DNA of 64,000 nt from Verrucomicrobiota bacterium (GCA_049510745.1 JBEKYR010000001.1:32001-96000); one strand, 5' to 3'; counted from the first letter of the stretch, positions 39,634 to 50,147 are shown. Numbers and translations: made by a program. Notes: generated by a model not told the origin, from the letters alone.

Positions 39634-41235
39634 GTGGAGATTGCCAAAGAAATCCTCAAGCGGCGCACGTTTGCCATTATCTCGCATCCGGACGCCGGCA
39701 AGACGACGCTGACCGAAAAGCTCCTGCTTTACGGGGGCGCCGTCCAATTGGCCGGGTCGGTCACCGCGCGCAAACACCAGCGGGCCACCACATCCGATTG
39801 GATGGAGCTGGAGCGCAAGCGGGGCATTTCCATCAGCTCGACGGTCCTGCAATTCGGTTACGACGGCTATCACATCAATCTGCTGGACACGCCCGGCCAC
39901 AAGGATTTCTCCGAAGACACTTATCGAGTGCTGACGGCGGTGGACTCCGTCGTGATGGTGATCGATGCGGGCAAGGGGATCGAGAGCCAGACGCTCAAAC
40001 TCTTCGAGGTCTGCCGGCAGCGCGGCGTGCCGATCTTCACGTTCATCAACAAATGCGACCGGCCCATGCGCGGGCCGCTGTCGTTGCTGGACGAATTGGA
40101 GAGCGTGCTGGGGATCGGCGCCTATCCGGTCAACTGGCCCATTGGCACGGGCTTTGAGTTCCAGGGGGTTTTTGACCGGCGCAGCCGCGAGGTCCATTTG
40201 TTCGAGCGGACGGTCGGGGGCCAATACCGCGCGCCGGTGCAGACCGGGCGCTTCGACGATCCGCTGATCCGCGGGCGGCTGTCCGAGGAAACTTTCGCCA
40301 AAGTCTCCGAAGAACTGGCCATGCTCGATTCGGCGGGCGAGCCGTTCGACGAAGCCGCGGTGCTGGCGGGGAAGACGACGCCGGTGTTTTTCGGCAGCGG
40401 CATCAACAATTTTGGCGTGCAACTGCTGCTGGACGGTTTTCTGCGGCATTCGCCGCCGCCCACGGCGCGGGTCATGGCCGGGACGCGGATAGCCCCAGCA
40501 CACCCGGAATTTTCCGGCTTCATTTTCAAGATCCAGGCGAACATGGACCCGCGGCATCGGGACCGCATCGCGTTCGTGCGGGTCTGCTCCGGCAAGTTCA
40601 AGCGGGACATGACGGTGCTGCATCCGCGGGTGGACAAGAAGGTGCGGCTGTCCAGTTCGCACAAGCTTTTCGGCCACGAGCGGGAAGTGGTCAACGAGGC
40701 CTTTCCGGGCGACATCATCGGCCTGGTGGGCCATGCGGACTTTGGCATCGGGGACACGCTGACGACGGACCGGAATATATGTTACAAGGAAATCCCGCGG
40801 TTCACGCCGGAGGCGTTTGCCTATCTGCACAATCCGAACCCGGCGAAGTTCAAGCAATTCCGCACCGGGCTGGAGCAATTGTTGCAGGAAGGGGTCATCC
40901 AGGTGATGCAACTGCGCGGGGCGGCGGCGGCGGCGCCGTTGCTGGCGGCGGTGGGGCCGCTGCAATTTGAAGTGGTGCAGTACCGGCTGGAGAGCGAATA
41001 CGGCGCGGCCTCGCGTTTGGAGGCGGCGCCGTGGACGGTGCTGAGGTGGCTGCCGCTGGAGTTCGGGGAAAGGGAGTTGGAGGCGCTCTCGCTGCCGACG
41101 GGATCGCGCCTGGCCTACGACATGGGCCGCAACCCGGTGGTGCTCTTTGTCAACGACTGGTCGGCGGGCTACTTCGAGCAAACCAACCCGAAAGCCAGGC
41201 TGTCGAGCCTGCCGGTCGGGACGCTGGCGAATTGA
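39634..41235 (+). CDS. prfC: Peptide chain release factor 3
   Basis: RRTFAIISHPDAGKTTLTEK, SDWMELERKRGIS, DTPGHKDFSEDTYR, FKIQANMDPRHRDR; GTG start at 39634. Confidence 0.96.
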   Translation: MEIAKEILKRRTFAIISHPDAGKTTLTEKLLLYGGAVQLAGSVTARKHQRATTSDWMELERKRGISISSTVLQFGYDGYHINLLDTPGHKDFSEDTYRVLTAVDSVVMVIDAGKGIESQTLKLFEVCRQRGVPIFTFINKCDRPMRGPLSLLDELESVLGIGAYPVNWPIGTGFEFQGVFDRRSREVHLFERTVGGQYRAPVQTGRFDDPLIRGRLSEETFAKVSEELAMLDSAGEPFDEAAVLAGKTTPVFFGSGINNFGVQLLLDGFLRHSPPPTARVMAGTRIAPAHPEFSGFIFKIQANMDPRHRDRIAFVRVCSGKFKRDMTVLHPRVDKKVRLSSSHKLFGHEREVVNEAFPGDIIGLVGHADFGIGDTLTTDRNICYKEIPRFTPEAFAYLHNPNPAKFKQFRTGLEQLLQEGVIQVMQLRGAAAAAPLLAAVGPLQFEVVQYRLESEYGAASRLEAAPWTVLRWLPLEFGERELEALSLPTGSRLAYDMGRNPVVLFVNDWSAGYFEQTNPKARLSSLPVGTLAN

Positions 41236-41385
41236 GGGTGCGGCGGGAAGGGCAGGAAAAGACCGGGATTATGATTAGGATTAGAATTATGAAGGGATCG
41301 CACAGTGACATGCGCTTGCGGGAAGGCGGGGACGGAATTCAGTATCGACAAATCCTGTTAAAGGGGGGTAATCTGCCCGAAAGCT

Positions 41386-41940
41386 ATGAGCGAGATCACC
41401 CAAGTCCTGCTGTCACGGCCGGGTGACGGTTGTGATTCGGAGGAGTTGCTGCCGCTGGTCTATGACGACCTTCGCCGGATGGCGGCGGCGCGAATGGCGG
41501 GCGAAGCGGGGGGGCAAACGTTGCAGCCCACGGCCCTGGTTCATGAAGCGTGGATGCGGATTTTTGGGAACGGCGACCGGCGCTGGCAGGATCGCGGACA
41601 CTTTTTCGGCGAGGCGGCCGAGGCGATGCGGCGGATACTGATTGAACGCGCCCGGCGCAAATCCCGGCTCAAGCGCGGCTACGGATGGGTGCGGTTGGAC
41701 ATGGAAGGTCTGGCATTGGCGGAGGCGACGCCGGATGACAAGGTGCTGCTGATCAATGAGGCGCTGGAACGGCTGGAGGCGGAGGATCCGCAGCGGGCGA
41801 AGGTGGTGGTGATGAAGTTTTTCGGCGGACTGACAAACCAGGAGGTGGCCAAGAGCCTGGGCGTGGCCGAACGGACCATCGAGCGCCAATGGGCTTATGC
41901 CAAGGCCTGGTTGTTCCGGAGCATTCGCGAGCAGATGTAA
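41386..41940 (+). CDS. ECF sigma factor of the kinase-associated (planctomycete/verrucomicrobial) type
   Basis: LLPLVYDDLRRMAA, TLQPTALVHEAW, AMRRILIERARRK, ERQWAYAKAWL. Confidence 0.92.
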   Translation: MSEITQVLLSRPGDGCDSEELLPLVYDDLRRMAAARMAGEAGGQTLQPTALVHEAWMRIFGNGDRRWQDRGHFFGEAAEAMRRILIERARRKSRLKRGYGWVRLDMEGLALAEATPDDKVLLINEALERLEAEDPQRAKVVVMKFFGGLTNQEVAKSLGVAERTIERQWAYAKAWLFRSIREQM

Positions 41941-41964
41941 TTTGACAGCAACCCACGCGGCGCC

Positions 41965-44211
41965 ATGCATGACACGCTTTCACGCGAAGAAGAGGTGTTC
42001 GACGCGGCGCGAAAACTGAGCGACTCCGCGCAACGGGAAGAATTTCTGGAGCGGGCGTGCGCGAATGATTCCGACCTGCGGGAGAGAGTGGAAAAATTGC
42101 TCTCCGTCCACAGCCACGCCGAGGAGTTGTTTACCGAGTGCCTGACCGCGTTGCGCTCCTCCGCCGATGCTCCCGAATCCCCGGCGGCGGCGCGGGGGCT
42201 TGAAGAAGAACAGCCGGGGACGCGCATCGGGCCTTATAGAATCCTGCAAAAGATCGGCGAAGGCGGTTGCGGGGCCGTTTACATGGCGGAACAGGAGAAG
42301 CCGATGCGCCGTCTGGTGGCGCTGAAGGTCATCAAACTGGGCATGGACACGCGGGCGGTCATTGCGCGCTTTGATGCCGAGCGCCAGGCGCTGGCGATGA
42401 TGGACCATCCGAACATTGCCAAAGTCCTGGACGCGGGCGCGACCGAGACGGGCCGTCCGTTCTTTGTCATGGAACTGGTGCGCGGGACCCGGATCACGGA
42501 GTATTGCGATCAGAACCAGTTGGATACGCGCCACCGGCTGGAGTTGTTCATCCAGATTTGCCATGCCATTCAGCACGCGCACCAGAAAGGGATCATTCAT
42601 CGCGACATCAAGCCGTCGAACATCATTGTGACGCTGCATGACGGCCTGCCGGTGCCGAAGGTGATAGATTTTGGAATCGCCAAAGCGACGGAGGCGCCGC
42701 TGACGGACAAGACGCTTCTGACGACGCAGAATCAATTCATCGGAACGCCCGCTTACATGAGTCCCGAGCAAGCCGGAACGGGCGGGCTGGACATTGACAC
42801 GCGCAGCGACATTTACAGCCTGGGCGTGCTGCTCTACGAATTGCTGACGGGCAAAACTCCCTTCGACCCGAAGACGCTGGTCCAGTCGGGGGTGGAGGAG
42901 ATGCGCCGCACGTTGCAGGAAGAGGAACCGCAACGGCCTTCCGCCCTGTTGACGGTCCTGGGCGGCAACGAACTGACCCTGACCGCCGCGCGGCGCCACG
43001 CTGAACCGCCCCGATTGATTGCGCTCATGCGCGGCGATCTGGACTGGATTGTCATGAAGGCATTGGAAAAGGAGCGCGCGCGCCGTTATGAAACGGCCAA
43101 CGGATTGGCCATGGATATCCAGCGGCACCTGGGCAACGAGCCGGTGCTGGCCCGTCCGCCCAGCCGAATCTATCGGCTGCAAAAGCTGATGCGGCGGAAC
43201 AAGGTTGTTTTTGTGGCGGCGGCCGCCGTGTCCGCCGCCTTGATCGCGGGGCTGGGCACCTCGACGTGGCTCTTTCTGAAAGAGAGAGAGGCCCGCCAGC
43301 GGGCCGTCGCGGCGGAACGCCAGCAGGCCCGCCTGGCTCAGGAGGCGGAACTGGCCCGTTCCAATGAAGCCAAGTTGCGCCGTCAAGCCGAAGCCCGCGA
43401 GAGGATCACGCAGGCGGAAGTCCTGGTCAGCCAGGACAGATTTGAGGAAGCCGACAAGATGGTCAGCGAGTCGTCTCCGACGGAGCCGAGTGTGGAAGGG
43501 GCGGCGCTGCTGCGTTCCTTGAGTGAGCGGCACGCCCTCCAGGGCCACTGGACCCAGGCGGCGGATCGCTTTGGCTTGCTGCTGCAACTCAACCAACTGG
43601 ACGGGTGGGATGTCGGCACGATGGATTTTCTCGGATGCGGGGTCTGCCTGATTGAGAGCGGCGACGCCGAGCATTACGATTGGTTTCGCCAGGCGGCCCT
43701 GTCTCGATTCGCGTCCACTCCCAACGGCGTTGCCGCGGAACGAATCATCAAGATTTGCCTCTTAAAAGCTCCGAGCCAAGGCGTTCTGGAGTCTTTTGCT
43801 CCACTGGCGCGCGTGGCCGAGGGATCTTTCAGCACGGTGGACAGCCATGATGCGGAGGCGGTTTTTCGAGCGGCCTGGGGATCGGTTTCTCTGGCGCTCT
43901 GGGAGTATCGTCAGGGCCACTATGCCAGGAGCATCGAGTGGGCCAGACGCTGCCTGGCCTTTCCCGAGTCCAACGCGCCCAGAGCGGCGGCGGCCCACGT
44001 CGAACTGGCCCTGGCTTTGCGCCAGACCGGGCAGAGGGACGAAGCGCTCCGAGAACTCAGCCAGGGCCGTCAATCCATCGAAGACGAATTCAATGGGAGC
44101 CTGGAAGCGGGGAGCGCCGTGCAGGGTTTCTGGTTCGATTGGGTCTTCGCCCGCATCCTGTTGCGGGAAGCCACGGACCAGATCGACCCGCGCCCATCCG
44201 TCTCTCCTTAA
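41965..44211 (+). CDS. Membrane Hanks-type Ser/Thr kinase with C-terminal helical/TPR-like domain
   Basis: IGEGGCGAVY, VALK, HRDIKPSN, DFG, GTPAYMSPEQ, DIYSLG; TM VVFVAAAAVSAALIAGLGTSTWLFL. Confidence 0.93.
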   Translation: MHDTLSREEEVFDAARKLSDSAQREEFLERACANDSDLRERVEKLLSVHSHAEELFTECLTALRSSADAPESPAAARGLEEEQPGTRIGPYRILQKIGEGGCGAVYMAEQEKPMRRLVALKVIKLGMDTRAVIARFDAERQALAMMDHPNIAKVLDAGATETGRPFFVMELVRGTRITEYCDQNQLDTRHRLELFIQICHAIQHAHQKGIIHRDIKPSNIIVTLHDGLPVPKVIDFGIAKATEAPLTDKTLLTTQNQFIGTPAYMSPEQAGTGGLDIDTRSDIYSLGVLLYELLTGKTPFDPKTLVQSGVEEMRRTLQEEEPQRPSALLTVLGGNELTLTAARRHAEPPRLIALMRGDLDWIVMKALEKERARRYETANGLAMDIQRHLGNEPVLARPPSRIYRLQKLMRRNKVVFVAAAAVSAALIAGLGTSTWLFLKEREARQRAVAAERQQARLAQEAELARSNEAKLRRQAEARERITQAEVLVSQDRFEEADKMVSESSPTEPSVEGAALLRSLSERHALQGHWTQAADRFGLLLQLNQLDGWDVGTMDFLGCGVCLIESGDAEHYDWFRQAALSRFASTPNGVAAERIIKICLLKAPSQGVLESFAPLARVAEGSFSTVDSHDAEAVFRAAWGSVSLALWEYRQGHYARSIEWARRCLAFPESNAPRAAAAHVELALALRQTGQRDEALRELSQGRQSIEDEFNGSLEAGSAVQGFWFDWVFARILLREATDQIDPRPSVSP

Positions 44212-44236
44212 GGCCTCCTTTCCGCACACGATTCCG

Positions 44237-44276
44237 TGTCGGGTTTTGGCGTTGATTGGCGCATTTAGGGAAAGAA
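44237..44276 (+). promoter_or_regulatory. Candidate ECF promoter, copy 1 (TGTCGG-N17-CGCATT)
   Basis: TGTCGGGTTTTGGCGTTGATTGGCGCATTTAGGGAAAGAA; 34/40 identical to 50148-50187. Confidence 0.65.
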
Positions 44277-44462
44277 CAGCCATCTGTCGGGAACCCCAGA
44301 AGTTCTCCCTGTGGTCGAGTCGTGCCGCGATTCGGGGCGGTCGTTGCTGCGGGGCATAGTCCACGGTGCGCTCGAGTGCGAGGGGAGGGAAAGCGGGGCG
44401 TGCGCAATATGGCGATTTTTATGCGCAGAATGGCGTTGCGGCCCGATGCCGCCGTTTGGTAA

Positions 44463-44497
44463 CGTCATACGCAATACATCATAGGTCGTACGTCATA
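44463..44497. repeat. Five degenerate tandem heptamers in a leader region
   Basis: CGTCATA CGCAATA CATCATA GGTCGTA CGTCATA. Confidence 0.6.
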
Positions 44498-44588
44498 GGT
44501 AGTCATACTCTTATTTCAACCGTGCCTGTGAAACAGTGTCTGTGAAAATCAAATCAACGTCGAATCAAACAAACTCAACAACAAAAAT

Positions 44589-47432
44589 ATGAGAAAAAAT
44601 CTAAACACCGGGTATCGGATGATTTTTTGGAGTTGTGCGGGGCTTCTGGCAGCGCAACTGACAGCCTCGGCGCAAACGCTGGCGCACGAATACAGCTTTT
44701 TTACGGCGACCAACGGCACGACCAATGCTGTCGATCTGGTCGGGGGCGCGAACGGAACGCTCGTCGGCACCATAACCAACACCGGGATTACCGGGGGCCG
44801 TATGTTCTTCGATGGCACCTCGTATGTGGTGCTGCCGGCCGGCATCATCACCAACGACCTGGCGGTGACGGTCGAAGCCTGGGCGGACTACGCCTCTCTT
44901 AGTGATCAAGGCCTTTGGGCGAATCTTTTCGACTTCGGCACGCAGGATGCCGCCGTCAATGATTCGTACAGCATTTCCTTCTGTGTGAATACCAGCGCCC
45001 ATGTCCTTGATGCCGCCATTTCGGATTACGACAACGCCAACGTGAGCCGCGAGAATTGCGCCTCGTTAGCGAACCCCCTCGACGGCGCGACCGGCGCGTA
45101 TATCGCGACCGTGTTTGATCCTCCCGATGGTTTCATTGCTCTTTACGTCAACGGCGTCCTCAACACGAAACTTCCCATTATCAGCACGATCACGCCCGGC
45201 GTCCGAGATCTCAACAATGAGCTCGGCGCGGACAATTGGAATGACCCAAAACTGAGCGCCTATCTCTACGAGTTCCGCATTTGGAACGGCGCCCTCAATG
45301 GCCTTGAAGTGGCGGCCAGTTGCGAGAACGGCTACTCTGGCGGCATTAATACCAATGCCGGCGCCATCACGAGCCTCCAATTGTCGGCAGGCGCCCAAGT
45401 GGTTCAAGGAGGCCAGGAGCCTTCGACGGTGCTGGCCACGGCATCATTGATCACTAACGACGTCGATGTGACGTCGCTTTGCACCTATTCATCCGGCAAC
45501 ACGAACAAGATCACGGTTGATTCCAAAGGCGGGATCCACGGCGTTGGGATCGGTTCCGCCTTGATCACCGCGAGTTACGGAGGCCAGAGCAACTCGATCA
45601 CGGTCACTGTGGTCGAGCCGGTTTCGATTCTCACCCACCGCTACAGCTTCAACGACGCCCAAAACACGCCAAACGCCATGGTCACCGACTCTGTCGGCAC
45701 ACTCAACGGAAACCTGATGGGAACCGCTTATGAAACCAACGGGCAGGCTGTGCTGGATGGCACCGCCGGCTGCTATGTGGACTTAAGCTCAAATTTGTAT
45801 TCCACCGATGGCATGATTTCCGGCTATCAGTCCGCGACGATTGACTACTGGGCTACGTTTGGAACCCTGGGCAACTGGAATTACGCTTGGGTCATGGGCA
45901 ACTCCACTTCAGGTACCTCCGGTGTTAACTACGTTCATCAAGTGGTTCGCGACGGCAACACGTCACATGAGATTGACGAAACGGGCGCGGGTTTTGCCAT
46001 GCTCGGGACCTTTGCCAATGAGACGGTCCACTGCACCACTGTCATGGATGCGCCCGAAGGCCGCATGGCTCTGTACACCAACGGCGTTCTCAGCGGCGTA
46101 ATCACGAATGATTTTGTGCCGCTCAGCACCATCGCCACCAATTTCGCTTGGATTGGCCGTTCGCTCTGGTATGTCTACGATCCTTATGTAAGCGCGAGCT
46201 TCGACGAGTTCCGTGTTTACAACGGGACGCTGACTCCTCAGCAAATCGCCCTGGCCGACGCGCTGGGGCCAAACAACACTAACCTCGTGGTCGGCGCCCT
46301 GCAATCGATCCAGGTTTCCATCCCGACATTGAACCTGGGAGATGCCATCATTGGCCCCGTGCTGGCCAACTATGGCAATTTGACCAACTACAATCTGACG
46401 GGGAACAGCCCGATCCCGCTGTTCATCTTTACCTCGAGCAACTCCAACGTTGTCTATCAAGCCGCCGATGGGAAGCTCCACGCGGTCGGCCGGGGCACTG
46501 CCACGGTCACGGCCACTTACGGGGGTTTCGTGAGCAGCCAGGTGGTGAGTGTGGTGCATAGTCCCGTTCTGGTTAACCGCTACAGCTTCCAGGACGCCAT
46601 CGGCAGCACCACTGTCGCCGACACGGTGGGCGGCACGAATTGGAACGGCACTTTGCCCAACGGTGGCACTTTCACGGGCACCAACCTGCAATTGAGCCAG
46701 CAATGGGTCCAACTCCCGTCGGGAATCCTTAGCAATTACCCCGCCGTGAGCATCGACCTATGGGCCACGTTCCCTGATGCGTTGCCGGCCAACTGCTTCT
46801 TATTCGGTTTCGGCAACACAGATTCCGGCGGCGCCGGGGAGAACTACATCTTCTGCCAACCCGAGGGCGGACGCATTGCCATCTGCGGCGTTGACCCTGG
46901 CTGGACGGGCGAACAAGGCACTGGCGGCGCTAGGAACTTCAGCTTGCAGACCAACCTCCATGTCACGGCGGTATTCGATCCGCCGGCGGGCTTGGAGAGC
47001 TTTTATACGAATGGCGTCCTGGCTTCGCAGATCACCACGGTGACGGTTCCGATGGCTTTCGTGCAAAGCGTGAGTAACTACCTCGGCCGTTCGCTCTACA
47101 CTGCTGACTCCTACATAGACGTGTACTTCAACGAGTTCCGCATCTACAACGGCGCGTTGACTCCCGCTGAAGTGGCAGCCAGCCAGATTCTGGGGCCGTC
47201 CGCGCTGCTCACCACCGGCACAGAAAGCCTGACCGTCTCGGCCTCGGGTGGCAACGTGGTGATTTCGTGGCCGGCTGCGTTGGCGGATGGTTTCTCGCTC
47301 TATTCGAGCAGCACCCTCGGGCCGAACGCCGCGTGGACGCTGGTGAGCGCGACACCCACGATCGTCGGTCAAAACATTCAAGTGTCCGTCCCGACCAGCG
47401 GCACGGCGAAGTTCTACGTGCTGAAGAGGTGA
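44589..47432 (+). CDS. Secreted non-catalytic protein: 3 LamG domains separated by Big_2-like Ig domains, plus C-terminal domain
   Basis: Signal peptide; LAHEYSF, LTHRYSF and LVNRYSF...EFR[IV][WY]NG repeats; SSGNTNKITVD..G.G.A.ITASYGG Ig motif twice; ends AKFYVLKR. Confidence 0.85.
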   Translation: MRKNLNTGYRMIFWSCAGLLAAQLTASAQTLAHEYSFFTATNGTTNAVDLVGGANGTLVGTITNTGITGGRMFFDGTSYVVLPAGIITNDLAVTVEAWADYASLSDQGLWANLFDFGTQDAAVNDSYSISFCVNTSAHVLDAAISDYDNANVSRENCASLANPLDGATGAYIATVFDPPDGFIALYVNGVLNTKLPIISTITPGVRDLNNELGADNWNDPKLSAYLYEFRIWNGALNGLEVAASCENGYSGGINTNAGAITSLQLSAGAQVVQGGQEPSTVLATASLITNDVDVTSLCTYSSGNTNKITVDSKGGIHGVGIGSALITASYGGQSNSITVTVVEPVSILTHRYSFNDAQNTPNAMVTDSVGTLNGNLMGTAYETNGQAVLDGTAGCYVDLSSNLYSTDGMISGYQSATIDYWATFGTLGNWNYAWVMGNSTSGTSGVNYVHQVVRDGNTSHEIDETGAGFAMLGTFANETVHCTTVMDAPEGRMALYTNGVLSGVITNDFVPLSTIATNFAWIGRSLWYVYDPYVSASFDEFRVYNGTLTPQQIALADALGPNNTNLVVGALQSIQVSIPTLNLGDAIIGPVLANYGNLTNYNLTGNSPIPLFIFTSSNSNVVYQAADGKLHAVGRGTATVTATYGGFVSSQVVSVVHSPVLVNRYSFQDAIGSTTVADTVGGTNWNGTLPNGGTFTGTNLQLSQQWVQLPSGILSNYPAVSIDLWATFPDALPANCFLFGFGNTDSGGAGENYIFCQPEGGRIAICGVDPGWTGEQGTGGARNFSLQTNLHVTAVFDPPAGLESFYTNGVLASQITTVTVPMAFVQSVSNYLGRSLYTADSYIDVYFNEFRIYNGALTPAEVAASQILGPSALLTTGTESLTVSASGGNVVISWPAALADGFSLYSSSTLGPNAAWTLVSATPTIVGQNIQVSVPTSGTAKFYVLKR

Positions 47433-47471
47433 CGAGAGAGGCTGATCGCAGCTTGAACTAAGTTAATCCCG

Positions 47472-47508
47472 GCGTGGGTGGCTGATGATTCGGCCACCCA
47501 CGCTTTTT
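47472..47508 (+). terminator. Rho-independent terminator
   Basis: GCGTGGGTGGCTGA-TGAT-TCGGCCACCCACGC followed by TTTTT, about 40 bp after the stop. Confidence 0.85.
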
Positions 47509-47522
47509 GATGATATAATGGA

Positions 47523-50048
47523 ATGAGGCTGCGCGGTTTTTTCAGGCCGGAGCGTAAAGCAAACCAGCCGCCTCGTTCCAAGCGCCCGTCCCCGCCCGCC
47601 GCGTCGGCGGCGGCTTCCACGGCGCCGATGTCCCGCACACGGCGCTGGTTTTTTCGTCTGGCGGCGATGGTGCTGGGGCCGCTGCTGTTCCTGTTGGTTT
47701 TGGAGGCTGGATTGCGTTTGGCCGGGGTCGGATATCCGATGTCCTTCTTTCTGCCGATGCGGATCGAGGGGAAGGATTGCCTGATCGAAAACGACCGCTT
47801 TGGGTGGCGTTTTTTTGGCCCGGAAATGGCGCGCAACCCGTTTCCTTTCGTCATCCCCAAAGTCAAACCGCCCGAGACGATCCGGGTCTTCGTCTTAGGC
47901 GAGTCAGCCGCCTACGGCGATCCGCAGCCGGAATTCGGCCTGTGCCGCGTTTTGGAGGCCTTGCTGGATGGACGCTTTCCAGACAAACACATTGAAGTGG
48001 TCAACACGGCCATGACCGCGATCAATTCCCATGTCATCCTGCCCATTGCCAGGGATTGCGCCGGGCAAAAGGGCGACATTTGGGTGATCTACATGGGCAA
48101 CAACGAGGTCGTGGGGCCTTATGGCTCAGGAACGGTCTTCGGCGCGCAGGCCGCCAACCTGGCCCTGGTCCGGGCCGGCGTGGCCTGCAAGGCCACGCGC
48201 ATCGGACAGGCGCTGGGAAACCTGGTTCGCCATGCTCAAAAGCGGCCGGTCAACCAGAGCGAGTGGGGCGGAATGACCATGTTCCTTCGCAACCACGTGC
48301 GCCAAGACGACCCCCGCATGGCCACGGTTTACAGCAGCTTCGAACAGAACCTGAACGATATTATTGACGTCGGCCTCCGCGGCGGCGCGAAAGTTCTGGT
48401 CAGCACGGTCGCCCGCAATCTCAAGGATTGCGGTCCCTTCGCCTCGGAACATCGGCCGGGCCTGCCGGCTGGAGAATTGTCGCAGTGGGACAATTTCTAC
48501 CAGGCGGGGATCCGGTCCCAACAGGCGGGGCGGGCGGCGGAGGCGATCGACTTCTTTCGACAAGCGGCGAAGATCGACGACACCTTTGCCGAGGCCCACT
48601 ATCGCTGGGGCCAATGTTCCCTGGCGCTGGGCCAGGACGCGGAGGCTGCGCGCCAGTTTGCGCTGGCCTGTGACCAGGACACACTCCGGTTCCGCGCGGA
48701 CAGCCGCATCAACGAAATCATCCGGCGCGCCGCCTCCCGTCGGGAGCGGGAGGGCGCGCAACTGGTCGATGCCGAGGCGGTCGTGGCCCGGCAAAGCCCG
48801 CATGGATTGGCCGGCGAGGAATTTCTCTACGAGCATGTCCACCTGAACTTCGAAGGCAACTACCTTGTCGCACGCGCCTTGGCGGAACAAGTCGGGCATG
48901 CTTTGTCCGCCGGCGCCGAACATCCCTGGCCCAGTGCGGACGATTGCGCCCGCCGCTTGGGCTGGACCGATTCCACCCGGCGCGAGGCGGAGATGGATAT
49001 TGTCAGCCGCCTCAACGATGCTCCCTTCAGGGAGCAAGCCAACAACCGGCAGCAGTATGAGCGTTTGCTCCGGCAGATCGAACAACTTCAATCCGCGACA
49101 CTTCCCGATTCGCTGCGGGAGGAAAAGGCCCGCGCCGAAGCGGCGGCCGACGCCGCGCCCAATGACTGGATTCTCCGGGAGAATCTGGCGCACCTCCAAC
49201 AGCGAACCGGGGACGCCGCCGGCGCGGTCGAATCATTGCGGCATCTGGCGCGGTTGCTGCCGCAAAGCCCGGACGCCTGGGAGGGATTGGGACTGGCCCT
49301 GGAGGCGGCAAAGCGGGACGATGAGGCGATTTCAGCCTTTCAACAAGCCACCCGGCTGCGCCCGGAATCGGTGGTGGGGATGAACAGTCTGGCCGAGTTG
49401 TATGCGCGCGAAGGGCACCCCGAAGAAGCCGCGCGCGGGTTTCGAGAGGTCTTGCGGAAAAAACCTTACTGGAGTCCGGCCCACCTGGGTCTGGGCAAAG
49501 CCCTTGAGGCGATGGGCAAACCCCAGGAAGCAAAGAAACAATTCGAAGAAGCGCTTAAAAACCGCGTCAGAACCCCGGAGTCTTTCAACACACTGGGAAA
49601 GTTTTCGTTCGCCCGGGGCTGGTACGATGCGGCCGCCACCAATTTCACCGATTCCCTCCGCCTCTATCCTTCCGATCCCGAAACCCACTTCGACCTCGGC
49701 CTGGCCCTGGACAAGCTCGGAAGGCGTGCCGAAGCCAAGGCTCATTACGCCGAAGCTGTCCGTTTGCAGCCCAAGTTCGCCGAGGCCCATTTCTGCCTTG
49801 GTTTGGAACTGGGCAAGGACGGCGACGCCGCCGGCGCGGGGGCGCAGTTCGCCGAGGCGGTGCGCCTCAAGCCGGAGTTTATCGAGGCGCGTTTGAACCT
49901 TGGGATCGCTCTGTCCAACCAGCACCTCAATCAGCAGGCCCTGGATCAATTCGAGGAGGTATTGCGCCGCGACTCCAAAAACCAGATCGCCCTGGCCTAC
50001 GCCAAGATTCTCCGCGCCCCTCCCGCCGCCGCGCCGCAAGACCGATGA
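47523..50048 (+). CDS. Membrane-anchored SGNH/GDSL-like domain plus TPR repeat protein
   Basis: N-terminal TM; VFVLGESAAYG, IYMGNNE and FLYEHVH blocks; many C-terminal TPRs; exact start uncertain. Confidence 0.8.
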   Translation: MRLRGFFRPERKANQPPRSKRPSPPAASAAASTAPMSRTRRWFFRLAAMVLGPLLFLLVLEAGLRLAGVGYPMSFFLPMRIEGKDCLIENDRFGWRFFGPEMARNPFPFVIPKVKPPETIRVFVLGESAAYGDPQPEFGLCRVLEALLDGRFPDKHIEVVNTAMTAINSHVILPIARDCAGQKGDIWVIYMGNNEVVGPYGSGTVFGAQAANLALVRAGVACKATRIGQALGNLVRHAQKRPVNQSEWGGMTMFLRNHVRQDDPRMATVYSSFEQNLNDIIDVGLRGGAKVLVSTVARNLKDCGPFASEHRPGLPAGELSQWDNFYQAGIRSQQAGRAAEAIDFFRQAAKIDDTFAEAHYRWGQCSLALGQDAEAARQFALACDQDTLRFRADSRINEIIRRAASRREREGAQLVDAEAVVARQSPHGLAGEEFLYEHVHLNFEGNYLVARALAEQVGHALSAGAEHPWPSADDCARRLGWTDSTRREAEMDIVSRLNDAPFREQANNRQQYERLLRQIEQLQSATLPDSLREEKARAEAAADAAPNDWILRENLAHLQQRTGDAAGAVESLRHLARLLPQSPDAWEGLGLALEAAKRDDEAISAFQQATRLRPESVVGMNSLAELYAREGHPEEAARGFREVLRKKPYWSPAHLGLGKALEAMGKPQEAKKQFEEALKNRVRTPESFNTLGKFSFARGWYDAAATNFTDSLRLYPSDPETHFDLGLALDKLGRRAEAKAHYAEAVRLQPKFAEAHFCLGLELGKDGDAAGAGAQFAEAVRLKPEFIEARLNLGIALSNQHLNQQALDQFEEVLRRDSKNQIALAYAKILRAPPAAAPQDR

Positions 50049-50147
50049 ACCCATCACATAACGCCTGATACAAGCTATTCTGAATCAGGCGTTTATGTGC
50101 AAGCCGGGACAGGATACAGAGACAATTGCGGGCAAAGGCGGGATGTC

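Noticed and set aside
41267..41292. GATTAN hexamer run upstream of the ECF gene
   Set aside because: Only about four degenerate units; no function can be supported
44285..44313. Third TGTCGG near the first candidate promoter
   Set aside because: No CGCATT at 17-bp spacing
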